Assembly: GCA_963846335.1 (NCBI GenBank)
Contig: CAWJVS010000004.1
Location: 5,769-69,768, forward strand
Origin: an uncultured Bacteroidales bacterium
GTDB lineage: Bacteria; Bacteroidota; Bacteroidia; Bacteroidales; VadinHA17
Reading direction: 5' to 3'
Length of the DNA stretch: 64,000 nucleotides
The position numbers and the translations under genes were made by a program. Position 1 is the first letter of the stretch; each line of letters begins with the position of its first letter. A model generated the notes under the pieces. The model was not told the DNA's origin. It ran no database searches and was given only the letters and a program-made list of their open reading frames with translations. Of this stretch, positions 33,235-43,796 are shown piece by piece.

Positions 33235-33242
33235 TATATTTG
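33235..33242 (+). promoter_or_regulatory. Bacteroidota -7 promoter box upstream of susC
   Basis: TATATTTG in the AT-rich divergent intergenic region, 45 nt before ATG 33288. Confidence 0.55.
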
Positions 33243-33287
33243 TTTGTAATGGTTTAGTAAATTTTTAATTTAAACCCCAAGAAATCT

Positions 33288-36200
33288 ATGAAAAAAGACA
33301 AACCTTTTAGTGAACTGGTGCTTTGTTCGCTGAAAAAGAACCTCCTCACATTTTGTACTGCAGTTATTCTAATGATTTTCGGAATTCTGCAGGTACATGC
33401 AAATGAGACCTACGTGCCGGATAATCCGGATGGTATGTTACAGCCGCAACAGGCCAGAATCTCTGGTACTATAACTGATGCTGCCACTGGTGAAGCACTC
33501 GTTGGTGTGAATATTACCATCGAGGGTACTACTACCGGTACCATCAGTGATGCATCCGGAAAGTTCAGCCTTGAAACCCCCGGACAGAATCAGGTTCTGG
33601 TAATATCCTATATCGGTTATGAGACCCAGAGGATAACATATACGGGGCAACAGGTTATTGATGTTAAAATATCGCCATCCTTGCAGGCCCTGAGTGAAGT
33701 AGTTGTTACATCCCTTGGAATCAAGAGGGAAGCAAGAAGTCTGGGGTATGCAGCATCTTCTGTTGATAATCAGCAGATTGCCGTCGCCAGGGTAACAAAT
33801 GTAGGCAACAGCCTGGTAGGTAAAGTTGCCGGAATGGTTGTTACCGCTCCTACAAGCGGCCCCGGAGGTTCTTCAAAGATCCGTATCCGTGGTCAGTCAT
33901 CATTTGGTGGCTATAACTCACCCTTGATCATTGTAAACGGCGTCCCTTTCAGTAATAACTCGATGGGAGCAACATCTACAAGTTATGCAAATCCAAACGG
34001 TGGCTCTTCTGATTCAGGAGACGGGTTGCAGAGCCTGAATGCCGATGACATTGAAACCATGACTGTATTAAAAGGTACAGCTGCGGCTGCGCTTTATGGC
34101 TTCAGAGCCAAAGACGGTGCAATTATAATCACTACCAAATCAGGGAAGGGTCAAAAGGGAATAGGAATAGAAATTAATTCCAATATACAGTCAGCTAATG
34201 CTCTGGATTATACAGACTGGCAGTATGAATACGGACAGGGGGAAAACGGACTCCGTCCCACATCGGTGTCTGATGCTCAAAGTTCAGGGGTATGGAGTTT
34301 TGGGGAAAAATTTGATGGCGTACCCACTCCTCAGTTTGATGGTTCAACCCAGCCTTATTCACCGCATAAAAACCGTATCCAGGACTACTACGTGAACGGG
34401 ATGACCTATACCAATTCCATAGCACTCAGTGCCGGATATGATAAGGGAAATTTCAGGTTTTCTTTCGCCAATACTGATGCCAATAATATTATAGTCAATT
34501 CAGATTTTCATAAAAAAATATTCAATCTGAACTTCGACTATAACTTTACAGAAAAATTGTCTGTCAATCTGAATGCCAATTATTCGAATGAGTTCAATCA
34601 CAACCCTCCTCAGATTGGGATTGAGAGCTTGTGTATCCCTACAACTGTTTCTACCTTTGCCAATAGCATTGATGCAAACTGGCTAAAGAACTATAAGACT
34701 GAGCAGGGTACTGAAATGCCGCTGGCACGCTTTACCAACAGGGATAATCCATACTGGACAGCTTATGAGCACACTGAAGATATCCATCGGGACCGGCTTT
34801 TCGGCAATGTATCTCTGCGTTATCAGTTTACTGACTGGCTGTATGCTATGGGACGTATTGGCCAGGATTATTATTCACGTCCCACGGATTATAATGTACC
34901 AACAGGCACCCGCTGGCTTAATGCAGCCCCTACCGGTTTTAACGGGAATTATTATCAGGATGTATCTACTTTCCGGGAGCTGAATATGGATTTTTTGGTG
35001 GGAGCCAAACATAATTTTGGAAATCTGGGTGCAGACCTGACAGTTGGAGGGAACAGAATGGACCAGATATCGGACAGGATGGGAACCAGTGTTGTCAACT
35101 TCTACGTCCGCGATTTGTATACGATCGAAAATGGCCAGACCAAAAGTCCGGGATACAGTTATGCCGAAAAGAAAGTAAACTCTCTTTACGGTACTTTGGA
35201 ATTATCCTATAAATCCTGGTTATTTGTCAACCTGACGGCCCGCAATGACTGGTTTTCAACCCTTAATCCGGAATCCAACAGCTATCTGTATCCGTCAGCA
35301 AGTACCAGTTTTGTATTTTCTGATATTTTTGCTGACAGGCCCAGCTGGTTTAATTTCGGAAAGATCCGTGTTGCGTATGCTGAGGTCGGGGGAGATACTG
35401 ATCCATACACGAATGCTCTCTATTATGGAATGAATGCCAATACGCTAAATGGTATCGGGATGGGGAACATAACTTCAACCATCAGCCCGAATCCTGATCT
35501 GAAGCCATTGAAAGTGAAAGAGGCAGAAGTCGGACTTGAATTAAGAACATTTAACAGCAGGGTAAATCTCGATATTTCAGTGTACCGGAAAAACACGGTA
35601 GATGAAATACTTAATGTAGCCATATCCAGTGCTTCGGGTTATAATCAGACAAAGGTAAATATCGGAAAATTAAGGAATAATGGCATTGAAATGATGCTAA
35701 CCCTGGTACCTGTTGAACAGAACCTTATCTGGGAAACAGCATTTAGCGGAGCCATTAATAACAGTGAGGTAGTGGAACTTGCCGGAGGCCAGACCAGTTT
35801 CAGGGTTGCCACCGGAGCCTGGGTCGGATTTATAGCCCATGAACTGGGAAAACCGCTGGCTTCTGTACAAGGCTTTGATTATAAAAGGGATGACCAGGGA
35901 CGAATTCTTACCTCTGCAGGAAAACCACTGTTAGGTAATCTGATGACTTATGGAAGCGGAGTACCGACATGGTCGGCTGCCTGGACAAATACCTTTTCAT
36001 ATAAAGGTTTTAATCTGTTTATACAGTTAGATGGCAAGGGTGGCAATGTAGTTTATTCCAACACTGCATTCAATGCTCTCAGGCATGGACTTTCCAAAGA
36101 ATCCCTTCCCGGAAGAGAGGGAGGTGTGATTATGGAAGGATGGAATGCGGACGGAACACCTAATACTACAGCTGTTCCCGCACAGGCTTTCTATTCATCC

Positions 36201-36476
36201 GTAAGGGGTATAGGTGAACCTTTCATTTATAAGGGAGATTATTTTAAGTTGCGTACTATTTCACTCGGCTATGACCTGAAAAGAGTCATCAAAGCGGATC
36301 TGATAAAAGGTATTACTGTTTCCGTTTTTTGTAATAATGTTGCATTGCTTAAAAAATATCTGGCCAATGTCGATCCGGAAGCAACATTCGCAACCAATGA
36401 TAATTACCAGGGGATGGAAGTCAATACTCTTCCTACCACCCGAAGCGTTGGTGTCAATTTAAATGTTAAGTTTTAA
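33288..36476 (+). CDS. susC: SusC/RagA TonB-dependent outer-membrane transporter
   Basis: CarboxypepD_reg-like N-domain, LSEVVVT.LGI.R, L.GKVAG, I.IRG, DIE..TVLKG..AAALYG.RA..G.I.ITTK, C-terminal F. Confidence 0.96.
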   Translation: MKKDKPFSELVLCSLKKNLLTFCTAVILMIFGILQVHANETYVPDNPDGMLQPQQARISGTITDAATGEALVGVNITIEGTTTGTISDASGKFSLETPGQNQVLVISYIGYETQRITYTGQQVIDVKISPSLQALSEVVVTSLGIKREARSLGYAASSVDNQQIAVARVTNVGNSLVGKVAGMVVTAPTSGPGGSSKIRIRGQSSFGGYNSPLIIVNGVPFSNNSMGATSTSYANPNGGSSDSGDGLQSLNADDIETMTVLKGTAAAALYGFRAKDGAIIITTKSGKGQKGIGIEINSNIQSANALDYTDWQYEYGQGENGLRPTSVSDAQSSGVWSFGEKFDGVPTPQFDGSTQPYSPHKNRIQDYYVNGMTYTNSIALSAGYDKGNFRFSFANTDANNIIVNSDFHKKIFNLNFDYNFTEKLSVNLNANYSNEFNHNPPQIGIESLCIPTTVSTFANSIDANWLKNYKTEQGTEMPLARFTNRDNPYWTAYEHTEDIHRDRLFGNVSLRYQFTDWLYAMGRIGQDYYSRPTDYNVPTGTRWLNAAPTGFNGNYYQDVSTFRELNMDFLVGAKHNFGNLGADLTVGGNRMDQISDRMGTSVVNFYVRDLYTIENGQTKSPGYSYAEKKVNSLYGTLELSYKSWLFVNLTARNDWFSTLNPESNSYLYPSASTSFVFSDIFADRPSWFNFGKIRVAYAEVGGDTDPYTNALYYGMNANTLNGIGMGNITSTISPNPDLKPLKVKEAEVGLELRTFNSRVNLDISVYRKNTVDEILNVAISSASGYNQTKVNIGKLRNNGIEMMLTLVPVEQNLIWETAFSGAINNSEVVELAGGQTSFRVATGAWVGFIAHELGKPLASVQGFDYKRDDQGRILTSAGKPLLGNLMTYGSGVPTWSAAWTNTFSYKGFNLFIQLDGKGGNVVYSNTAFNALRHGLSKESLPGREGGVIMEGWNADGTPNTTAVPAQAFYSSVRGIGEPFIYKGDYFKLRTISLGYDLKRVIKADLIKGITVSVFCNNVALLKKYLANVDPEATFATNDNYQGMEVNTLPTTRSVGVNLNVKF

Positions 36477-36493
36477 TCATAAATAATTTTCTT

Positions 36494-38020
36494 ATGAAAA
36501 CTATATATCCATATATCTTTTTGATTGGAATTATTTTAAGCAGTTGCGATAAAGATTTTGTTGAGGTGAATACCAACCCTGTTGCCGCGACAAATCTGGA
36601 TCCTGCTTATTTACTGACCAATGCACAGTATAGTGCGATGCTTTATACAATACAATACCAGAGTCCGATAGCCCAGCATATTATTACTCCCTTCGGAAGC
36701 ACACTTGAAGGCGGACAGCATAACATATGGTATGAACCCGGAGATAATTCATCTGTCTGGGGCGATTTATATCCCGGATCCGTTAAGTTACTGGTTGACA
36801 TAATTACCAGAACCAAAGATGATCCGTCCAGAAGTAATTTGTATAATATGGCCCGGATATGGAAAGCCTATTGTTTTCAGGTTTTGGTAGATACTTACGG
36901 GTATGTGCCTTATTCCGAAGCCGGACAGGCTTTTACAAATACTATCTTCCTGCCCAAATACGATCCTGACGATGTCATTTATGATGATCTGCTCAAAGAA
37001 CTTTCTGAAGCCGTTGCCGGTTTGGATCCCGCAGGTACATTAGAGAAAGCTGATCTGTTCTACGCAGGCGATGTAGCCAAATGGAAAAAACTCGGGAACT
37101 CACTTTTATTAAGGGTTGCGATGAGGTACAGTAAAGTTAATCCGACCAAAGCGGAGCAATATGTTGCCATAGCTGTCAATCCTTCAAATGGCGGTTTAAT
37201 GAGCGATGTTGGTGATAATGCAAAGGTAGTCTGCAGCCCATCATATCTGGCACCTACTGCAGGCACCTGGCAGGGAACAGAAAGGGCTAACTTCTATATT
37301 GCCAAGCCCTTCATCGATATACTTAAAAACTCAAGTGATCCCAGACTTTCAAGGATCGCTGTTCTGTATGAATTCCCTGCCAACGACCTGGCTACAGCCG
37401 GTTATGCAGATACTTCACGTGCTAATCAGATTGGAATGCCGATGGGGTACAATGATGCCACCATAAGTTCAGCTCCGGATTATCCCGGTAAAGAAGGTGC
37501 AGCCTGGAAATATTCGCAGGTTAACAGGAGGACCCTGGGTAAAAGCGATGCCACATATTTCTTTGTTACCTATTGCCAGACACAACTTTTGCTCGCAGAA
37601 GCTGTAGAAAGAGGATGGGCAACAGGAGATGCAGCTGAAATTTACAATGCAGCTGTAAGAGGAGGCATGGACCAGATGGCGCAGTTTGATGCACTCGCTA
37701 CAATTCCAGTTGAAGAGCAGGATGCTTATCTTGCTGCTCATCCTTACGATCCTGCAAACGCTCTGGAGCAGATAAATACCCAGTACTGGATAAATTGCTT
37801 TGCAACCGGAGAGGAAGCCTGGTCAAATCACCGCCGCTCCGGGTTTCCTGCATTGGAGCCTAATCCATATCCCGGTGGTGACCCTCTGGTTGCCGGAGAC
37901 TTTGTTCACCGCCTGCAGCATCAAAACACTGAAAGAACTGTAAACGTAGAGAATTATGATGCTATGGTACAAGCAATGGGACCCGATAATATGGCAACAC
38001 GCATTTTCTGGGATGAATAA
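36494..38020 (+). CDS. susD: SusD/RagB lipoprotein
   Basis: lipobox ILSSC, NTNP, LVD.YG.VPYSEA, W.K..NSL.LR.AMR, DPRL, EQI.TQ.W, EAW...RR.G.P, T..FWD. Confidence 0.95.
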   Translation: MKTIYPYIFLIGIILSSCDKDFVEVNTNPVAATNLDPAYLLTNAQYSAMLYTIQYQSPIAQHIITPFGSTLEGGQHNIWYEPGDNSSVWGDLYPGSVKLLVDIITRTKDDPSRSNLYNMARIWKAYCFQVLVDTYGYVPYSEAGQAFTNTIFLPKYDPDDVIYDDLLKELSEAVAGLDPAGTLEKADLFYAGDVAKWKKLGNSLLLRVAMRYSKVNPTKAEQYVAIAVNPSNGGLMSDVGDNAKVVCSPSYLAPTAGTWQGTERANFYIAKPFIDILKNSSDPRLSRIAVLYEFPANDLATAGYADTSRANQIGMPMGYNDATISSAPDYPGKEGAAWKYSQVNRRTLGKSDATYFFVTYCQTQLLLAEAVERGWATGDAAEIYNAAVRGGMDQMAQFDALATIPVEEQDAYLAAHPYDPANALEQINTQYWINCFATGEEAWSNHRRSGFPALEPNPYPGGDPLVAGDFVHRLQHQNTERTVNVENYDAMVQAMGPDNMATRIFWDE

Positions 38021-38062
38021 TCCTGATTGAATATTCTGTCTATTAATTAAGACAGTATAATA

Positions 38063-38114
38063 AAATCTCACCTTTGTCACGAAAATTTAGGTTGATGAAG
38101 GTGAGATTTATTTT
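38063..38114 (+). terminator. stem-loop downstream of susD
   Basis: AAATCTCACCTT ... AAGGTGAGATTT followed by ATTTT. Confidence 0.6.
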
Positions 38115-38164
38115 AAGAAGATATATGATTTTAAATATATTACTCATTAACAGCCTCATAAGAT

Positions 38165-39710
38165 ATGAAAACCAACTTGCAGAAAATTGATGAAGCCAAC
38201 AGGCAAAGTGAAAAAGCGGACGCTGATGCCATAAAGGCTGAAATTGCCAATCCAGCTACAAGTGAAAGCCGTCGCAACTTTCTTAAAAACGCAGCATTGG
38301 GAGGAATAGCGCTCGGAGGGATGACACACCTGTCGATAGAAGATACAATTGCCGAAACAACTCAAAAAGTCCAGCGCTCCTCAAAACCTTCCGAATTAAA
38401 GATAACTGATATGCGTTATTGCGTGGTTGAAAACCGGCGGCCAATTATAAGGATTGACACCAATCAGGGCATATATGGTCTGGGTGAAGTAAGAGATGGT
38501 GCAGACTGGCGGTATGCCATGATCCTGAAAAGCCGTATAATGGGTCATAATCCCTGTAATGTAGAAATGCTGTTCAGACTCATCAAGCAATTCGGCGGTC
38601 ATGCCCGTCAGGGAGGTGGTGTCTGCGCGGTTGAAATGGCGCTCTGGGACCTTACCGGTAAAGCTTATGGCGTTCCATGCTGGCAGCTGCTGGGAGGAAG
38701 ATACAGGGACAGGGTTAGAATGTATGCTTATATTCCAAGGCATGACGGACCAAATATGGATGTGGAGAAATTCAAGGCAGAAATAAAATTCCGTATTGAA
38801 GAACTGGGTATAACATGGTTCAAGATGTATCCCTCCCTCTCCTGGGTCAGTAACATACCAGGTACGACTGTCAATGATAAATTCTGGTTTACTCCTGAAT
38901 ACAGAAATAGTTATAATCCCATAGGTACCGGCGCTTTACGTACCAAACAACCTTTCACTCAGACACAAATTACCGAAAAAGGATTGGCTGAACTTGCAAA
39001 ATACGTAGGTATGATCCGGGATATTATAGGATGGGATATCCCGCTGGGTTCCGACGGCTTTGGCGATTACGATGTAAACACGGCTATCCGTGTCGGACTG
39101 GCACTTGACCCATTACAGGTTGGCATGGCTCGAAGACTTCTTCCCTATGGATTATATTGACCAGTGGAAAACAGTAACTGATGCAATAAATACTCCAACA
39201 CTGACAGGAGAGGATATATATCTGAAAGAACAGTTCTTTAAACTTATCGATGCGCATGCAGTAGATATTGTTCAACCTGATCTGGCTACCTCAGGCGGGC
39301 TTCTTGAGACGAAAATAATCGGTGATTATGCCGAATCCAAAGGAGTTCCGATGATACTTCATTTTGCAGGTTCTCCTGTATCCTTCATGGCCAACGTTCA
39401 TTGTGCTGCAGCCACTAATAATGTTCTTTCGCTGGAAATGCCTAATAATGGGTCACTGGATCATCCCTGGTGGGAGGAGCTGGTAAAAACCACCGACGGA
39501 AGAAAATTATTTGATAAAGGCTTTGCCAACGTTCCGCTTGATGCCCCCGGATTTGGGATTGAACTGAATGAAGATGTCGTAAAACAGCATCTGGGCAGTG
39601 ACAATAAAAACTATTTTCTCCCGACACCGGAATGGGATTCATCAAATTCACATGACCTGCTCTGGAGTGGAAGAACTACAGGAGGAACCGAGTTGGTAAA
39701 GAAACGTTAA
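38165..39710 (+). CDS. enolase-superfamily enzyme (copy 2), Tat-like signal; frameshift near 39110
   Basis: SRRNFLK, IRIDTNQG, VEMALWDL.GK, WLED, TGED, PDL, PGFGIELNE. Confidence 0.88.
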
Positions 39711-39725
39711 CATGATCCTGATTAT

Positions 39726-40640
39726 ATGAATCAATACAGTACAGAACCTCTGGGTATCCGGAGAGATCCTGAAAAATTGATAATTGAACGGCCGGTGCCG
39801 GGAAAACCACATAAGGGGAAGGTCCTTCTGGCTATTCAGCCTCACTCAGACGATATCACCCTTTATGCTGCAGGAACGGTGGCAAAGCTGATGGATGAAG
39901 GTTACACAGGGTATCTTCTGCGCACTTCGGACGACAGCAGTGGTGACTATGAAGGCAACAGGAGGGATAATGAAGCCATTGCCAGATTTTTCGGGATGGA
40001 AAAGGCATATGACTTTATGTATAAGCATCACCAGATGGATGCAATACAGATCCAGGACCTGAAAGGAAGATTGATTTTCCTGTTCAGACTCCTGAAAGTG
40101 GATACATTAATTTGCTATGATCCCTGGGAACATTATGAAGAGAATCCCGATCACATTGCAACAGCCCATGCAGTTGAAGCAGCCAGATGGATGGCCGGAA
40201 CAGAAGCTGACTACCCTGAACATCTCGATGCAGGACTCACACCATACAGCCCAACTGAAGTTTATTACTACGCCCGGAATCCTCAAAGAACCAACAGAAT
40301 AGTTGATATCACCAATTACATGGATAAAAAAGTGGAATCCAACATGCTGAATATTACCAAAGGTCCGGCCGGTACAGGAAAAGGAATGGCCCTGAAAGAA
40401 CGTCTTGCCAGAGAGGGAAAGAAACTTGCAGTTCTTGGAGATGATGACAGCAAGGCAGATTTCAACTATATAAAGAATATTGTATTTGATATTCAGGCAA
40501 GGGATCCGAATTTCTATTCAATATCAACAAGGGAATTGGGAGAACAGTATGGAATTGGCTGGGCTGAACGTTTCCATTATATTGGTCCTGAAGAGAATCT
40601 GTCAGATAAATATATCCAGGAAAATGCTGTCGCGAAGTAA
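39726..40640 (+). CDS. PIG-L/LmbE family de-N-acylase (copy 1, no signal peptide)
   Basis: LAIQPHSDD, DPW..YEENPDH, VDI..Y.DKK, AERFH. Confidence 0.85.
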   Translation: MNQYSTEPLGIRRDPEKLIIERPVPGKPHKGKVLLAIQPHSDDITLYAAGTVAKLMDEGYTGYLLRTSDDSSGDYEGNRRDNEAIARFFGMEKAYDFMYKHHQMDAIQIQDLKGRLIFLFRLLKVDTLICYDPWEHYEENPDHIATAHAVEAARWMAGTEADYPEHLDAGLTPYSPTEVYYYARNPQRTNRIVDITNYMDKKVESNMLNITKGPAGTGKGMALKERLAREGKKLAVLGDDDSKADFNYIKNIVFDIQARDPNFYSISTRELGEQYGIGWAERFHYIGPEENLSDKYIQENAVAK

Positions 40641-40688
40641 TTTAACAGTAATAAATAAATGCATTATCAACTTCTATAATCAGAATAT

Positions 40689-41732
40689 ATGAAACGAAAA
40701 GAATTCTTACAAAAAGGAATAGCATCCGGAGCCTTGCTTGGAACAACCTTTATAGCGCCAGGCTTAAGCTCAGACAATAGCGACCAGAAACAAACCAATA
40801 AGGACAAAGTTCAGCAAAAGCCTTCCGGTGAAAAAACATATACAGTGATGGGTGATCCTGAAGCGATGGAAATTGAGAGATCAGTACCCGGCAAGCCACA
40901 CCAGGGAAAAGTACTGCTGGCTATCCAGGCCCACTCGGATGATATTCCCCTGTTTGCCGGAGGAACAGTAGCCAAGCTTATGGATGAAGGTTATAAAGGT
41001 TACCTCTTGCGTACATCTGACGACAGCAGTGGCGATTATGAGGGGAACAGGATAGACAATGCAAAAATCGCCGAATACTATGGAATGGAAAAAGCCTACG
41101 ATTTCATGTATCCTCATCACAGGATGGACGCTATCCAGATACAGGATCTGAAAGGCAGACTGATCTTTCTTTTCAGGCTGCTTAAGGTGGATACGGTAAT
41201 TTGTTGGGACCCCTGGGAACATTATGAAGAAAATCCCGACCATATTGCAACTGCTCATGCCGTTGAAGCAGCCAGATGGATGGCAGGAATGAGAACAGAT
41301 TACCCGGAACAACTGGATGCCGGCCTCAAACCGCACAGCCCGAAAGAGGTTTATTATTACGCCAGGACCCCTCAAAGAGCCAATAGAATTGTCGATATAA
41401 CTAATTATATCGATAAGAAAGTGGAAGTCAATATGCTAAATGTGACTAAGGGTCCCGCCGGATTGGGAAAAGGGAGAGCCTTAAAGGAAAAGCTTGCAAA
41501 AGAGGGCAAAAAACTGGCTCTTCTTGGAGAAGATGACAGCAGGGCTGATTTCAACTATATTAAGAACTTTGTCTTTGATATCGATTCAAGAAGGTTGAAT
41601 TACTCCAATATATCAAACAGAGAATTGGGAGAACGCTATGGACTCGGATGGGCAGAACGCTTTCATTATATCAACAGCGTATCGCCAAACAGGCTGGAAA
41701 AATACGTTATAGACAATGCCATCCCAAAATAA
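40689..41732 (+). CDS. PIG-L/LmbE family de-N-acylase (copy 2, Tat-like signal)
   Basis: MKRKEFLQKG plus hydrophobic stretch; AHSDD, ENPDH. Confidence 0.85.
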   Translation: MKRKEFLQKGIASGALLGTTFIAPGLSSDNSDQKQTNKDKVQQKPSGEKTYTVMGDPEAMEIERSVPGKPHQGKVLLAIQAHSDDIPLFAGGTVAKLMDEGYKGYLLRTSDDSSGDYEGNRIDNAKIAEYYGMEKAYDFMYPHHRMDAIQIQDLKGRLIFLFRLLKVDTVICWDPWEHYEENPDHIATAHAVEAARWMAGMRTDYPEQLDAGLKPHSPKEVYYYARTPQRANRIVDITNYIDKKVEVNMLNVTKGPAGLGKGRALKEKLAKEGKKLALLGEDDSRADFNYIKNFVFDIDSRRLNYSNISNRELGERYGLGWAERFHYINSVSPNRLEKYVIDNAIPK

Positions 41733-41775
41733 GGAGTTTAAATAATTTATTGTAAATTCTTAATATACGTGTTAA

Positions 41776-42681
41776 ATGGCAGAAAAAGCAATGGGTGATC
41801 CTGAAGAAGTTGTCATTGAAAGACCAGTATCCGGCAAGCCACACAAAGGAAAAGTTCTCCTCGCAATTCAGGCACATTCAGATGATGTTCCGCTTGACTA
41901 TGGAGGTACGGTTGCCAAACTTATGGATGAAGGTTATACAGGTTATCTTCTTCGCACTTCTGATGATAGCAGTGGTGATTATGAGGGGAATAAACAGGAT
42001 AGTGCAAATATTGCCAGATTCTACGGGATGGAAAAGGCTTATGATTTTCTGTACCCTCACCACCGGATGGACAGTATTCAGATCCAGGATTTTAAGGCAG
42101 GATGATTTTCCTTTTCAGACTCCTGAAGGTGGATACGATAATTAGTTATGACCCATGGGAACATTATGAAGAGAATCCCGACCATATCGCGACGGCTCAG
42201 GCCGTGGAAGCGGCCAGATGGATGGCCGAGATGGATACCGATTATCCTGAACATCTGGATGCAGGGCTTTCACCTTATGGTCCGGGTGAATGTTATTATT
42301 TCTCAAGGGTTCCTCAAAGGGTCAATAGAGTTGTTGATATAAGTAATTACATTGATAAGAAAGGTTGAAGTCAACATGTTAAATGTAACAAAGGGACCTG
42401 CCGGAAGGGTGAAGGAAAAAGAATAATGGAGCAGCTTGGCCAGAGAAGGCAAGCAATTGCCTCTTCTTGGAAATGATGAAAAGACGGCCAATTTCAATTA
42501 TGTGAAATATGTCGTATTCGGGATAGATACACAGCGATTATATACCTTTTTTCCAACTGTATCAAACAGGGAATTAGGTGAGCAGTATGGACTGGAATGG
42601 GCAGAACGATATCATTATATCAATGATGAGACACCAGATAAAACAGAAGATTATATTAAAAAGCATGCCATTCCTCTGTAA
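41776..42681 (+). CDS. PIG-L/LmbE family de-N-acylase (copy 3, no signal peptide), about 3 frameshifts
   Basis: AHSDD, ENPDH; ORFs 41776-42105, 42102-42368 and 42436-42681 are collinear with copies 1 and 2. Confidence 0.8.
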
Positions 42682-42748
42682 GTTGTTATCATATTCATGC
42701 TTTAACCCGAGTGTGATCTTTCGAACTGAACATTAATATAATAAGATA

Positions 42749-43735
42749 ATGAAACGGAAAGAATTTCTTCAGAAAGGTTTAGCTGCCAGCGCGTTGGCAG
42801 GATCGTCTGCCCTGGCCTTCACATCAGATGGAGCTGATCAGAATGATCAGAATCAAAAAGTGCCCTGGGGATATGATGTCGATTATGATGAAGTCAAAAT
42901 TGAAAGGGCGGTAAGCGGGAAACCACATAAGGGCAAAGTGCTCCTTGCAATTCAGCCTCACTCGGATGATATCCCGCTTTCTGCCGGTGGGTTAGTTGCC
43001 AAACTGATGGATGAAGGATATACTGGTTATTTATGCTCTGTATCCGATGACTCCAGGGGAGAAGGCGAATATGCCCAGAACAGAATAGACAATCAAAAAA
43101 TAGCTGACTTTTATGGAATGAAAGGCTCATTTGAATTACTGATGCCTCACCATCAAATGGACAGTGTCAATATTCAGGATCTCAAACAAAGATTCATTTT
43201 TCTGTTCAGATTCTTAAAAGTAGACACAATTGTATGCATGGATCCATGGGGCCATTACGAAGAAAATCCTGATCATTACGTGACCGGTTTGGCTGCTGAA
43301 GCAGCCAGGTGGATTGCAGGGGCGAATGACTATCCGGAACACTTTGCAGCAGGAATTGGCCCCTACGTCCCGAAAGAGAGGTACTATTATTCAAGAGCCA
43401 AGCAGACCAACAACCTAATTGTTGACATAAGTGATTACATTGATAAGAAAATAGAAGTAAACCTGCTGAATGCTGCAAAGGGACCTGCAGGAAATAACGG
43501 AGTAAAACTGAGGGAGAAACTTGCCAGAGAGGGAAAACGATTGCCGATCCTGGATGGAGATGACCACACGGCCAATTTCAATTATGCCAAGAATTTTCTC
43601 TTCAGCAGGAATAAAAAGCTTGGGGAAAAGTATGGACTGAAGTATGCTGAAGGATTTCACTATATGACTGATATACGATTACCAAACGAATCCCCGCTGG
43701 ATGAATATATAAAAAAGAATTCTTTACCTTTATAA
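42749..43735 (+). CDS. PIG-L/LmbE family de-N-acylase (copy 4, Tat-like signal)
   Basis: MKRKEFLQKG; PHSDD, ENPDH. Confidence 0.85.
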   Translation: MKRKEFLQKGLAASALAGSSALAFTSDGADQNDQNQKVPWGYDVDYDEVKIERAVSGKPHKGKVLLAIQPHSDDIPLSAGGLVAKLMDEGYTGYLCSVSDDSRGEGEYAQNRIDNQKIADFYGMKGSFELLMPHHQMDSVNIQDLKQRFIFLFRFLKVDTIVCMDPWGHYEENPDHYVTGLAAEAARWIAGANDYPEHFAAGIGPYVPKERYYYSRAKQTNNLIVDISDYIDKKIEVNLLNAAKGPAGNNGVKLREKLAREGKRLPILDGDDHTANFNYAKNFLFSRNKKLGEKYGLKYAEGFHYMTDIRLPNESPLDEYIKKNSLPL

Positions 43736-43796
43736 TCAGTCCTCACCTGGCAGGTAAATCATTTGAAAAGCATATTATAAATCAAATCTTAAGGCT

